Assembly: GCA_964016885.1 (NCBI GenBank)
Contig: OZ024745.1
Location: 25,668,001-25,732,000 of the forward strand
Length of the DNA stretch: 64,000 nt
Direction: 5' to 3'
Origin: Eledone cirrhosa
Taxonomy: Eukaryota
Both the position numbers and the translations under genes were made by a program. Position 1 is the stretch's first letter. Each line of letters begins with the position of its first letter. Positions 44,967 to 58,529 of this stretch are shown here, in pieces. The notes under the pieces were generated by a model that was not told where the DNA came from, did no database searches, and was given only the letters and a program-made list of their open reading frames with translations.

Positions 44967-46184
44967 TATGTATTTTAGTAATCAGTGCCAAATATATATG
45001 ATTTGTATATGGGTTACACGTGTGTGTGTGTGTGTGTGCGCGCATGTATGTATGTATGCATGTATGTATATATATTGTGTGTGTGTGCGCGTATGAAGTA
45101 CACATAATGATATTTACAGGTAATAGAACAGAACAAAAGAACTGACACTTGAGGTAAGTAAACCCGCCAACTGACATGATCCCAGCGCATTTCGTTTTAT
45201 CGAGTAAAATCTGGAATCTGATGAAACTGGGGTTGATCTGTCTCAGAATCAATAAGTCCATTGGAGGGAGTTTGTATCGAACATCAATTATATGGGAGGA
45301 GTAAAGAATCTAACATTTTAAGCTCTAATCCTTCGTTTGAGAGTTTGGAAAAGAGAGATATTAGTGTTGTCGTTACGGCGTTTAAAAAACAAAATAAGAT
45401 AGTCAATGAGGGAATGGCAGTGCCCTTTTATGGATCTCCAAGGAAGTAGGCATCAACCTCGAAAGGATGAAAAACAAACTTTATCTCCGAGCAAGATATT
45501 TATTTCACCAAGTTCATCTATTATGGCGTGTGAAGATGTGTTGTGTACTGATGTTTTGAGAAAGTTTCCCCCCCCCCCCCTTCTTCTTCTTCTTCTATAA
45601 AAATAACTTTACTTGAAACTTCCTTGTTCTAGTTTTTTCATTGCATCCGGATCTATACAAAATGTTGAACCTTAATAAATATTGTCGTCGTAAACTCCTC
45701 AGACTTATGGTTATATTTAATGAATAAATTTCATATACCAGTGGAATATTACAAACGTACTAATTGCTGTTTTGGTGCTTATATTTGTGGTTCATATGAT
45801 ACTGTATAGGCTTAAATTAGCAATAGTTTTTAGTACTAGTCAAGTACTGGAGTTAATTTAATCAACTTTGCCCTTCTCTCCCAAAATTTGCTGCCCTTGT
45901 GCCTAAATTAGAAATCGTTAGTATTTATCTAATTGGAAAATAGCTCCGGAGAAAAATATGTTGATAGGCCATCTGTCTTATCTAGTGGGGCCTCTTGCAT
46001 CTTCACATAGAAAGCTACAGAATTCATAGATAAGAAGACACTGGTCTTGTATGCAGCTGTGTATTGCTCAAGGTCACAACAGACAAAGCACTGTCTGACA
46101 GCAAAGATTTTAAAGTCAACAAATTATGGTGTATTTCTATTTAAATACAGTCTCCTTACAAAAATTGCATCCTGCATAACGAGC

Positions 46185-46415
46185 CGACGAGGCAGCTTCT
46201 ACGTAGTTGCTCGATCTGCTAAAATTAGCAAGCAAATCTTCCTCAAATAGTACACTATTATTTTTTAAGAACACATTGCATAATGGGATTGTAGATACAC
46301 AGCATTAAAAAAAAAAAAAAACTCACTAAAAACACCAACTGGATTATTGCTGGTGTAATGTTTTGTGTTCACAGATTTGCTTAGTCAGACTTGAACTACG
46401 GTTAAAAAACAACAC
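46185..46415. mobile_element. old dispersed repeat family D; related pieces near 11490, 12480, 21255, 37380, 40195, 53150 and 58240
   Basis: Recurring degenerate motif CTGCTAGAAATAGCAGCCAAATCTCCCTCAAATCACACC and its reverse complement. Confidence 0.6.
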
Positions 46416-46955
46416 ATTGTATATGAATTTTGTACACAAATACATGGTCCAATATATGTATTATGTACAGATGAGATAAAAGGAAGCCCTGTGATGTCCA
46501 TACCTTTTGCAAAGGCGTTACCAACATAATTTATGTGAACTGATTTTGATAGAAAATCAACTAAATTGGATGTACATCTCTGGAACCATTGTCGATACTA
46601 TAAAAATATACCTTAACTCTTAACATTTTTTGGGGGATTCTTATTTGTTTGGAACATCACTAAAATGTTCAGCTTTACATATTGTGTGGCAACTCACATT
46701 GTGCAAGTGAAAACGGCTCAAAGCGTAATTAATGAGAAATAGTTTAGCTGAAAATCCAAGCCAGGTGGCGAACTCGGTATCTTTTCAGTGGCTTTTACTT
46801 CTGTGGTATTCATCAGTTTCCATGTTTTTTTTTCTTTTTTTCTCCACTGTTCATTCGAGGAATGATGGGCTGTGCCATTAGAACCAGATACCTTGTCCTA
46901 ATGCTTACAAATAAGTGGACTCCGCTAAAATCACACAAGAGCCAGGTGGTCGTCT

Positions 46956-47598
46956 TTAATCCTTTCGTTACTATATATCTAATAAAATGCACCGCCTTTG
47001 ATTTTCTATAAATTTTGAAAATAATCAAAGCTTTGGAGGAGTTTAGTAAAATGATTAACTTTCCAAACACCAACTTACTACTATTAAAGTTGGTGCTTGA
47101 AACATAACGTTAAATTGTTTTCTTTCATAAAATTATGATGTAAGGTTTAAAATTAAATATAGACACTTTGAAATAAACAGTTTTATATCATAGAATATGG
47201 AATAAATAGAGTCATTTTAAAATGAAGAGTTGTGTATCATAGAACATGGAATAGTTGGAGACACTTTGAAATAAAGAGCTGTGTAACATAGAATATGGAA
47301 TAGTTGGAGACACTTTGAAATAAAGAGCTGTGTATCATAGAATATGGAATAGTTGGAGACACTTTGAAATGAAGAGTTGTGTATCATAGAATATGGAATA
47401 GTTGGAGACACTTTGAAATAAAGAGTTGTGTATCATAGAACATGGAATAGTTGGAGACACTTTGAAATAAAGAGTTGTGTATCATAGAACATGGAATAGT
47501 TGGAGACACTTTGAAATAAAGAGTTGTGTATCATGGAATATGGAATAGTTGGAGACACTTTGAAAGAAACAGTTTTGTATCGCTATCAAAATGGTTGA
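46956..47598. mobile_element. decayed piggyBac-like MITE hosting a minisatellite
   Basis: Left end TTAA-TCCTTTCGTTAC and right end GCTATCAAAATGG-TTGA resemble TTAA-CCCTTT...AAAGGG-TTAA termini. Confidence 0.45.
47161..47580. repeat. 49-bp minisatellite, about 8.5 copies
   Basis: Unit AGACACTTTGAAATAAAGAGTTGTGTATCATAGAATATGGAATAGTTGG. Confidence 0.96.
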
Positions 47599-48182
47599 CC
47601 AAGCGATGGATTAAATCTACCATCCAAAGAAGACTTGATCTCACAACACAAAGAGCCAGAACGAATACAGTAAGGCATCTTGTTGAACGCTCTAATGATT
47701 CGGTCATAGATTTGTTCGTTGGAGGATAGATAAATCAATACTTTGGATAGCATGTCAGTCTCGTATATCACACCTCATTTTTTTCAACCCCGGTGGAAAT
47801 ATTGTTACTGTTTACTGCAGCAATGTCTTCCTTACAGTGCTCCACGATGCTTATTTTACAGATGGATGAAAATGCACATAACATTTGTTAGACTGTAGTG
47901 TCCAGTGTATCGTACGCTTATTTTTAGCCGATAAGCTGTAATTTGAGGTAGATATAGTTACGAGTTCTAGCAGAGTGAATAGCCTTATACAGGATATCTT
48001 ATTAGCTAACGACTGTGCTATTTCCAGCTTGAATGTCATTGCCACAGACAAAATGCTGTGACGATTTGCAGGATACAGACGGCCAACGCCTGGTTTGTGC
48101 AGTATGCTAATGACTCAGCTTATATGCGTCCATACGCGCACACACATACATATATGTGTACGTATAAATGTGTGTGTGTATA

Positions 48183-48225
<43 letters not shown>

Positions 48226-48228
48226 ATT

Positions 48229-48263
<35 letters not shown>

Positions 48264-48391
48264 GTGTAAATATGTATGTATATATATATATATGTGATAT
48301 ATGTGTATATATGTATGTATATATATATATATGTATATATGTATGTATATAAATATATATGTATGTATATATATGTATATAAATATATATG

Positions 48392-48426
<35 letters not shown>

Positions 48427-48475
48427 ATATATGTATGTATATATATATATATGTATGTATATATATATATATATG

Positions 48476-48518
<43 letters not shown>

Positions 48519-49351
48519 ATTTGTGTGTATATATATATATATATGTATGTATATATATATATATGTGTAAATATGTATGTATATATATATATATATATAT
48601 GTATGTATATATATATATGTGTAAATATGTATGTATATATATATGTATGTATATATATATATATATGTGTATATATGTATGTATATATATACGTATGTAT
48701 ATATATATATATATATATGTATGTATATATATATACATATATGCGTGTATATATGTGTATATAAATATATGCGTGTATATATATATATATATATATATAG
48801 TTGTCACCTACTCACCTACAACTGAAGTAATAATATTATTTGTATATTTGTCACACCTCACCGGATTTTTATATATCCAGTTTCATTCACTGAATGTGTA
48901 TTGTTTGTGACATAATGAATATCTAACTGCTAAGGTTGAATGAATGGATAAGGTCACGTGGGCTCCCTCTCTCCTCCTCCTCCTCCTCCTCCTCCTCATC
49001 TCTCTATTTCTCCCCTCTCTCTTTATTTCTCTCTCTCTCTTACATTCTCTTCTGCAGCGTGGGAGAGTGTATGTATATGTATACATCTAATAAAAACTAC
49101 AATAACTTGTGTATGTGTGTATTTGTATATGTATTTATGTATGTGTGTGTGCCTGTTTGTATGTATGTATGTATGTGTGTGTATGTCTATGTATATAAGT
49201 GAGTTAAGTGAATGGTATCATTTGAGTGGGTGTATGTTTATATAGTGATATAAAAATGGGGTGTGGGATGTTTATATAATGCGATAGCTCTGCTTGAATA
49301 TGTGATTGATCACGTGGGAAGTGTTTGAATTCATAGAAAGATGTTCATATT

Positions 49352-49537
49352 ATTGGCACTATCGGTAGCGGGTCGAACGCCATGCTTTGACTCATAGAGT
49401 TACGATCCTTGCCATTCTGAGTTCAAATCCCGCCAAGGTTAACTTTGCCTTTCATCCTTACGGGGTCGATAAAATAAAGTACCAGTAATGTACTGGGTGA
49501 TTGCTGGCCTTGTGCCAAAAGTAGAAACAATTATTAT
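49352..49537 (+). mobile_element. SINE A
   Basis: Near full-length match with an ATTATTATT tail. Confidence 0.92.
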
Positions 49538-50036
49538 TTAAATATTTCTATGATAACACTGGTTCATTACTTATTTATTTATTATTGAAATTTCATAGAT
49601 GTAAACTACAGACGAAATAGATTTAGTCCTTAAACCTTTATATATTTATCTATTTCATTCGTTAATTCAGTTATTGTGGCGTGTGGTGACGAGTTGAACG
49701 TCCGATAGTGACGATTCCCGGCATTCCTTCCGACTTTCTGTACCCCGAGTTCAATTCACACCAAGTTCAATTTTGCCGTTTGTTCATTTTTTTTTTTTTT
49801 AAAGTTAACGAAATAAAAAAATAAAAAAATAAAAAAATACCATTTCAGATTTGGGTTGGTTCTTACTCTGTCTCTCTTTCTCTGAGAAAAGTTGGCTGTG
49901 TTCAAACCTGGAGAATAATAGGCACCACCAGACTTAGATGTATAATACGGTGCCCCTATGTTTCCATCAAGTATCAAAAACCCAAAGAACCCATGTATAG
50001 AAGGATTATTGGGTTGTTTAGGAAGTATGGCTAGTG

Positions 50037-50487
50037 ACGGCCGTATTTAATGGGCAGCAAAGGGGGAAATTGCTCCGGGCCCCATGAAGTGTGTATGAGT
50101 GGGGGGAGGGGGCACACCATCGACGGTCGTAGCAATTTATTTGTACCCTAACCTGAGTTTTTTAGTTTTAGGGTGGTTAGAATTGTTGAATTTAATACCT
50201 GTATGTATATTATTTTTATTCCTATTACTTGCACCAAGATAACTTTGTTATATACAATTAGGAGTTTGCTGTGTATTCTAATTCTTTGTGTATGAGAAGC
50301 ACCCCAAACCTGAAGTGCCACGGGGCCCCTAGTTCTAAACCCAATCCTGGTTAGGAGTGTGGTTAACCGGGTCTAGGGGGCCCTATGCTAATCTATGCAT
50401 GAAGCCCCAGTGTATAACTTTGCTCTGGGATTTGCAATGCTGTCTTTCTGTTATACGATATTTCCCCCACCCCTTAAATACGGCCCT
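50037..50487. mobile_element. GC-rich MITE or nest of MITEs
   Basis: ACGGCCGTATTTAATGGG pairs with CCCTTAAATACGGCCCT; internal GGGCCC motifs resemble 34168-34360. Confidence 0.5.
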
Positions 50488-51353
50488 ACTCCTTACCACG
50501 GGCAACGCCCCGTGTGCCCATGGCTTATGACAGCCCTGGTTCGGGGTTGGAATGGCTCTGATCATTGGTGTTTCTCGATCAAGCCAGCCGACCTGGATTG
50601 AAACAGCTTCAGCAATACACCACACTTGCAACTTTCTAAGAGAAGATTCTATCACACGGGTGTCTATGTGTGAATGGAAATGGTGTCTTTTAATTAACAT
50701 AACCTTTCCCATTCATTTGTTATTTTTATCCTGCTCATTTTCATACACATACAGGCGCACGCACGTGAAATAAGCACATACACATTTGCATGTGATATAG
50801 ATTTGTACATGATATAGGTACATACACATGATATAGGTACATACATATATACACATGATATAGACACATACATACATATGATATAGGCACATACCTATAT
50901 ACACATGATAAGATATACAATGACATCTGGTAGAAAGTAGTGAAATTAGGTTAGCTACATTTTTCTTTTGCTTTTCTTTCTTTCCTTCATTTCACTAAGT
51001 TGACCCTCATGAACCGATCCAGATCATGAGACAGCCCCTTTTCCTTCTCGCCCTACGTTTTCTCGTCTCAACATATTCCCAAGACAGTTAGTGAAAGAAA
51101 TGTGGGGTATGAAACATTAGTCTACCCTGTCCCCTTATTTTTCTCTTTACTTTCAAACTTTCTCATCATTTCTTTCTCTCTCATTCTCTACATCTCTTTC
51201 TCTCACAGCACACTACACACACTCAGCCTCCACTCTTCTCCCTTCTCTCTTTTACTCTTTGTACCTCCCCCATCTCTCTCTCTGCCACACACATGTTCAT
51301 ACACTCTCCCTCTTACACGCACTCTCTTCTCTCTCCATCTCTTTCCCACACAC

Positions 51354-51384
<31 letters not shown>

Positions 51385-51499
51385 AGTTCACTGCCACATC
51401 ATTCATTTCTATGTTATTTATAGAAATTTGATGCCGTGTTTCTTGTTTCTTTTATTTATTCACTATTTAGATTCTTGTACATTTTCCACCTTGGCTTTC

Positions 51500-51965
51500 A
51501 ATGGAGTGTTTGTGGTGGGTAAAAGCGATGACGTTCTTGGGAGTCTTTTTTAGTCCATGGCCTATGGATAACTTCCAGAAATCCCTGACCTGGCAGCGCT
51601 AGTTCGAGATAAACTCTACAGTTCGAGATAAACTCTACAGGCATGGAAGTGCTGTCAGCCGAACTTGTCCAAGATGCGCACAAGACGACGAAACCCTCCC
51701 CCACGCATTCATCGAGTATCCAAGTATTGCTGAATTGTGAGTTTATGTCGAATATCGGAGGTCAGAACGGATCCGGCTATCAGCTAGGTCCTTTAACCCG
51801 AAAGAGAAGGCAGTTTTTATCTGGCTGGTGGCCATAATGAAAGAGGTCATGTAGTGGACACGTCTGAAACGGTTGAAGACAAGTACTTTCTTCTTCGGCG
51901 AAGTCCTGTTTAACTTTTTCAGGTTTTACTTGAGGAAAATCAGGTCGGAGAGCGAAGTGCTGCTT
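51500..51965 (+). mobile_element. decayed L1/Tx1-clade LINE ORF2 C-terminus (zf-RVT-like)
   Basis: Translation VRDKLYRHGSAVSRTCPRCAQDDETLPHAFIEYPSIAEL*VYVE...MKEVM*WTR shows a CxxC-ET-H pattern, in-frame stops and a 19-bp duplication at 51601-51638. Confidence 0.8.
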
Positions 51966-52311
51966 TCAACCAATTTCGATCAACTGAAATGTTGAAATAT
52001 TAGAATTATCTCCCTTTCTTGTATTTCTGATCTTAAACGCCTTAAATTGCTTGAATAATCTCAGTTGATCGGTCAACATAGCTGTTGAATTAGCAGAGTC
52101 GTTAGAGCATCGGATTACACGATTCTGTATTTATTCCGGCTCACGGCGCACCGAGTTTAATTCCTGCCGAGTTTAATTCCTTTGCTTTTCATCCTTTTAG
52201 GCTTAATAAAATAAAGTAACAGTCTAGGGGCGGTGGATTGAGATGATTTGCGTTATCTGATCTGGCTAAGTACATTCTGAGTGAAAATACCCCGTCTCCA
52301 TCTGCCAAGAG

Positions 52312-52738
52312 ATGGAAAGACCAATAGATACGATCAGACGATAGTATTAGCAATGGAAAGACCAGGAGATACGATCAGACGATAGTATTAGCAATGGAAA
52401 GACCAGGAGATACGATCAGACGATAGTATTAGCAATGGAAAGACCAGGAGATACGATCAGACGATAGTATTAGCAATGGAAAGACCAATAGATACGATCA
52501 GACGATAGTATTAGCAATGGAAAGACCAGGAGATACGATCAGACGATAGTATTAGCAATGGAAAGACCAGGAGATACGATCAGACGATAGTATTAGCAAT
52601 GGAAAGACCAGGAGATACGATCAGACGATAGTATTAGCAATGGAAAGACCAATAGATACGATCAGACGATAGTATTAGCAATGGAAAGACCAATAGATAC
52701 GATCAGACGATAGTATTAGCAATGGAAAGACCAATAGA
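52312..52738. repeat. 41-bp minisatellite, about 10.4 copies
   Basis: Unit ATGGAAAGACCA(GG/AT)AGATACGATCAGACGATAGTATTAGCA. Confidence 0.97.
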
Positions 52739-54299
52739 TTGAAAACTTGTTTCTTTGGTCCAATCTAATGATCACCTCCTTTACTTTCCACATCACATAT
52801 GTGCAGCATTACCGTATTTGTATTTAGTGCCCTAAGCGTTTCACTGGAGTATTTTATCTTCAGCCATGTTGTTTTTACTTGACTGCGGAAAGTGAATTAT
52901 GTAATCTCTTACCTTCTTCTCCACCCCGCCTCTCTCTCTCTGACTCCCCCTCCCTCAATGAGTCAGTGACAAAGAATTTAGGTCTCTTAGCACAAGAAAG
53001 GGTAAATGATTTATAGATCTATTCTAATTCATAAATGGGGTATTTATACAACAGTAACTCCCCTCTAAAGTTACACCGTGTCAGTGAAGTCTTAATGAAT
53101 CGTGAACAGTGTTAAAAATGAAAATATGTTACTGTTGTTGTTGTCGTTATTCTTTTGTCACTCCTGATTGAACAAGCTCATGATCAAAGGCGTTGAAGAA
53201 ATCATAACTGTTTGATCTGGTTTTAGAGATATTGTGTCGAGGACTTTTCTTTTTAAAGCACGTGATTCGACGTATATTTAGCTGCTGTTTGTAGCAAGTC
53301 GAACAATCATGGATTCGTTGTTGTTGTTGTTTATCTCCAGAAAGCAGTCAAATCTCCCTCAAATTTCACCCTGACATCTTAAAAAGGGAAGGTCACATTA
53401 CATGGTAGTTCGATATATGTATATAAAAAAAAAAATAATATGATCAAAGTTTTTATAAACCAAGCAGCTGCCCTGGGCCGCAAGTGTATTGTGGAAACCA
53501 TGAGAAACCCTCCCTGCTTCAGTGTCTTATGTTTTTGCCCTACTTTCTCCCTTTTTCTCTTAAAGGAACTTTACACCAATGAACGCACTAGTGCCCTTCG
53601 TAAGATTTATTTGCATATATGTAGATATGTAAATAGTGATCAACAGTAAAGAATTGTTATGTGTCAAAGTTCAACTGCTCTTAGGCGCCAGCTTTCTCCA
53701 GAATTGACACCAATCGTTCTCCATTAATCTGTGTGAATGTATGTGTGTGTGTGTGTGTGTGTATGTTTGTATGTATATATGTTTTATTCGGGTGTATAAT
53801 TATGTGCCCCATTAAATATTATAAGCATGATTCATCTGGAGGATTTTGAATTATTCTTCATAATTGCGTCATATCGCTTTATATATCACATTGCAAAATT
53901 AAACCATACGCTTAGGTTTCGATTCTGTGACGATTCCCTATATTAGTTATTTCACTTTCACCGGTAGAATTTGAAACCTTAAATCATCGTCATCATTTAG
54001 TGACCCCAGTTGAGAGAGACACAAACAACTCTTTTCCAAAGCCCTCGGTTTTGGATTAGCAAATTAATGTCATGCTCTTCATTAACTTACTTCAGTGAAA
54101 GGGAGATACGCAGTGAACCTATACAGCTGCGTGAAAATGATGGAATTAGACCAATTCCATACTCCTATTGAGACAATGAAAGAGGTATTTGGACACATCC
54201 CCATTCTGAGGGGCAATATTTAGTATCAAAATAATCGATAATAGTAAGTCATTCATTTATCAATCACTGGTTAATATTATATTTTTTTAAAGGAGTGAT

Positions 54300-54508
54300 A
54301 AATTGGCAGAGCGTCGGACAAATGCTTAGTAGTATTTGTTCTTGCCCTTTACTTTTCTGGATTCAAATCCCGCCGAGGTCAACTTTGCCTTTCATTCTTC
54401 CGAGATCGATCAAATAAAGTACCCCCAGTATAGTACTAGGGTCTAGTTAACCGACATTTCCAATTCCTCAATTCCCGGCCTTGTGCCTTTGTTAGAAACC
54501 ATTATTAT
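54300..54508 (+). mobile_element. SINE A, older subfamily
   Basis: GATTCAAATCCCGCCGAGGTCAACTTTGCCTTTCATTC...GGCCTTGTGCCTTTGTTAGAAACC. Confidence 0.8.
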
Positions 54509-55230
54509 AGTTAAAATAAAAGGACCTTATTCATGGCCCCTTAAGCTGGAATGGAAGTAGCTTATGCCATGAAAATTATCAAACTATTGAGTGAAAGCAG
54601 AGAACTAAAATTCCAGACATTTCTTAGGGTCTTCCTTTCACACTTCTATCAGAGGCCGAATCCAGGGTTGGGCAACTAAATTATCCACCTCCCCAGTGGA
54701 CACTTATGCTAACCACCCATTGATGGATACTCCCGATTACTATGTGTCAAGCAAAAAAATGTACATATTTAAAATGTTATTTATTTAGTTCACCAGCCAA
54801 ATAAGCAGTTTATCAGTTTTCCATACTACATACATCAGAATTATAACTCAGACAGAGAACATTTGTGACGCCTATGTTTTTCTAAGGTTATGTGTGACGT
54901 AAGTTAAGCGGCTAACTAGCAATTGAAATCAGATCAGTGATACGGTCATCATTATGTTTATAACCTTCCAGAGGTTATATATTGTATGATAAACAACTCT
55001 CACCTGTTTACCATATATATAGTTTAATATCTGTGACGCGGTACACATACGGTTTCTTTTTCTGGGCGAGGCACAACCTGAACGGCTTTATTAATTCAAT
55101 GTATATCTGTATCTTAAAGGCGACAAAATGGCGAAGTCATTAGAAAGTCGTATAGAATGTTTTGGGGAATTCGTTCTGGCTCCCTGCGCTCTGAGTTTAA
55201 ATACCCCGAGGTCAACTTTGCCTTTTATTC

Positions 55231-55605
55231 TTTGGAGGTCGAACCTTTGGAGGTCCAACCTTTGGAGGTCCAACCTTTGGAGGTCCAACATTTGGAGGTC
55301 CAACATTTGGAGGTCCAATATTTGGAGGTCCAACCTTTGGAGGTCCAACATTTGGAGGTCCAACATTTGGAGGTCCAACATTTGGAGGTCCAACATTTGG
55401 AGGTCCAACCTTTGGAGGTCCAACATTTGGAGGTCCAACCTTTGGAGGTCCAACATTTGGAGGTCCAACATTTGGAGGTCCAACATTTGGAGGTCCAACC
55501 TTTGGAGGTCCAACATTTGGAGGTCCAACATTTGGAGGTCCAACATTTGGAGGTCCAACCTTTGGAGGTCCAACATTTGGAGGTCCAACATTTGGAGATC
55601 CAACC
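55231..55605. repeat. 15-bp minisatellite, 25 copies, starting inside a SINE A (55118-55245)
   Basis: Unit TTTGGAGGTCCAAC(A/C); the first unit directly continues GAGGTCAACTTTGCCTTTTATTC. Confidence 0.97.
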
Positions 55606-56006
55606 TTTGCAATACTGGCGTCGCTTGCCGCCCCCTTTCTTCTGTTTGGCTGAAATTGGCTACGTTTGACCTGGAGAAGAATGGGCTCAGTCAGATTTTT
55701 AAATGCCCAAGAGACGCCTATTTCACTACGGTGCCCCAACCACGACTTGATTAGCAATCAAGGGTGCTGAGTATAGCATTTATATTATCGATTGTCACAG
55801 TTCCTCCTCCCCAAAACATCAATTACTGCAGGATTTGAACCCAGAAATCTCAAGCTTTAACATTTGTAGAAACATTAAAGCGTATATTTGTTTTTTCAGT
55901 ATCATAAAATACTCAAAACAATTTCTCGTCTAAGAAGGGTTTACTCGAAATTTCAATACTTTGGTTTCTATATGTGAACTCAACCAAATTAACAAGCATT
56001 ATTAGG

Positions 56007-56708
56007 TGAACTCAGAATGGCAAGGGCCGTAACTCTATGCGTCAAAGCATGGCGTCCGACCCTCTACCGATACTGCCAATCTACCGCCTTATTTAATAAT
56101 TGTTTCTACATTTGGCATAAGGCCAACAATTATCCAATACATTACTGGTACTTTATTTTATCGACCCCGTAAGGATGAAAGGCAAAGTTAACCTCGGTGG
56201 GATTTGAACTGAGTCTGTAAAGGGACGTAACTATGCTAGAAAGCATGGCGTCCGACCCTCTACCGATACTGCCAATACACATAATAATTGTTTCTACTTT
56301 TGGCACAAGGCCAGCAATTATTCCAGTGCATTACTGGTACTTTATTTTATCGACCCCGTTAACCTCGGCGGGATTTGAACTCAGATCATACGGCCCTTTA
56401 TGATCTGAGTTCAAATCCCGCCAAGGTTAACTTTGCCTTTCATCCTTACGGGGTCGATAAAATAAAGTACCAGTAATGTACTGGGTAATTGCTGGCCTTG
56501 TGCCAAAAGTAGAAACAATTATTAGGTGGTGGATTGGCAGTATCGGTAGAGGGTCGAACGCCATGCTTTGACGCATAGAGTTACGGCCCTTGCCATTCTG
56601 AGTTCAAATCCCGCCTTTCATCCTTACGGGGTCGATAAAATAGAGTACCAGTAATGCACTAGGTAATTGCTGGCCTTGTGTCAATAGTAGAAACAATTAT
56701 TAAATAAG
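56007..56708. mobile_element. cluster of five SINE A pieces forming a fold-back
   Basis: Three minus-strand pieces then two plus-strand pieces; hairpin centre TCAGATCATA-CGGCCCTT-TATGATCTGA at about 56395. Confidence 0.92.
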
Positions 56709-57880
56709 TAGCATACTACCCGTTGTTGCCCATGTGGAAATGTAGTTATAAATGCACGAGAATTGTTCATAATGAAGACATATTCAGTTTAATAGAACAC
56801 TATAGGAGTTATCATAAAAAGTAAGTATTCATGTAAGAAATATATATAGCATTCTAGTATTTACACGCTACAATATGGATAATATAAATGCTATACCGAT
56901 CAATATGAATAGTATAGATGGAATACCACTCAATATAAACAGTTTAAATGCCGTACAGGTTCCATTTCGCCTTATAAATATATTTTATGCAGGGAACATT
57001 TATAAAAGCTAACCAGAAATAATTATACGAAAGAAAAAGACAAAATTATTCAATGATTAACTTTATTTCAATTATTTCTACAAGTCGGGAGACAACTCGA
57101 GGTATGTTTCTGGTTTATTATGAACTCATCGGCGAATCATGTTTTACTGTACGCGCCGAAGGAAAAATGAGCAACTAAAGATTGAAATCGATAGAAAGGT
57201 CACTGTTGTAATGCTTTTTGATCATAGATCTACTGTACCAAAGCTGTCCTGGTGTTATACAACGACAATCTACCGTTTTTCGTGAAAGAATTTCTGTCAA
57301 GGCGCTTCGGCCTAATCTTTAAAGATGACGTTTTGATAAGGAGTTGCAAATTAGTTGGTGAGTCATTTAATTTTTTAATCGGCGGCGAATAAGCAGGGTC
57401 ATTCGTGCGTATGTCAAACTGAACTGTATTACGATATTTTTTCCTGCTTACTAATGCTTGAGTTTATATTTCACTTTGGTCAATTTTACCTTTTATCCTT
57501 TAGTTGTAGATAAAATACTATGCCAGTCCAAGACAGTGTATTTAATGAATTGTTACATCGTACAATAAGCCGTATGGTGTCTGTAACGGCTCTGCGTTCT
57601 GAGTTCAAATCTCGCTGTAGCCAATGGTTTAACATCATCGCATTTCCCAAGGGTGTCTTTAGCGGAATCCAGTCTTTTGAAAGCATTCGGACATGGTTAC
57701 CGGTTTGAGCATAATTTCCGTCCTCTTTTTTACCAGTCTCGTAGGCACTGAAACTGATAATGGATATTCTGCTTCCTTCACAAAACAGTTAAAAAAATGT
57801 CATGAATTAAATATATATTGTATTAAGGGGTTCGCAAAACCAGCCAACATCACATTGTTTCGTATGAAGGACTTTTCATG

Positions 57881-58050
57881 ACAGTGAAGAGAGAGAAAAA
57901 AAGAAGCTGAGATTTTATGGCGATCTAACAATATCCAGGGGCTCTGCAAAGATCATTTCGGAAGGAACTGTGGAAGAGGGTAGAAGAAAAACCTAGACAG
58001 TCAAAATCATACATTGCACAAGTGATTTCTTAGCGGAAACCCGCGATCTA
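57881..58050 (+). mobile_element. decayed RTE LINE C-terminal fragment
   Basis: Translation KKLRFYGDLTISRGSAKIISEGTVEEGRRK. Confidence 0.6.
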
Positions 58051-58529
58051 ACATAAAACCCCTTATCACTTTACTATGAATTGAGGACCCAAGCAAGTAA
58101 GCAATTAGGGGGACGGGTGGGGAAGAATATCATATCTGAGTGTGTGAGAAAGAAGGGATATCGACTCGTTGATGGCGCATTAAAGTAACGGGGGGGGGGG
58201 ACCTTTTACTTATCATGTTAGATTCCTTTTCCTTGCTGGAGGTGTTTAGTCCCAGGTCAACCCTACTCGAGCTGACTTATGATTAAAGACATTCCAATTA
58301 TGGCCATCCTACTTATTTTTTCATGCATTTTATTCCTCTGTATTGAATTATAAAAATCGTCCTTCTTTTAAAACAGTAGGATGTGTATTTTTGTGGGGAG
58401 ATTTGACTGTTATTACTGGCGGTTTAAGTAATATGTTTATATGTGTATATGTTGTAGTAGAAGTGATAATGGTTCATGTGTTATTCTCGCGTTCCGTTCT
58501 GTCTCTTCATTCTTGCCGGTATTACCTCG

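Noticed and set aside
52312-52738. CRISPR-like appearance of the 41-, 49- and 50-bp arrays
   Set aside because: Units are contiguous with no unique spacers, there are no cas genes, and the context is eukaryotic.
55091-55757. Four overlapping repetitive ORFs (LDLQM, WRSNI, LEVQH, VGPPN)
   Set aside because: A stop-free 15-bp repeat that starts inside a SINE; there is no evidence of coding.
56705-56740. Helitron 3' end on the minus strand
   Set aside because: The hairpin and CTAG are both degenerate and no 5' end was identified.
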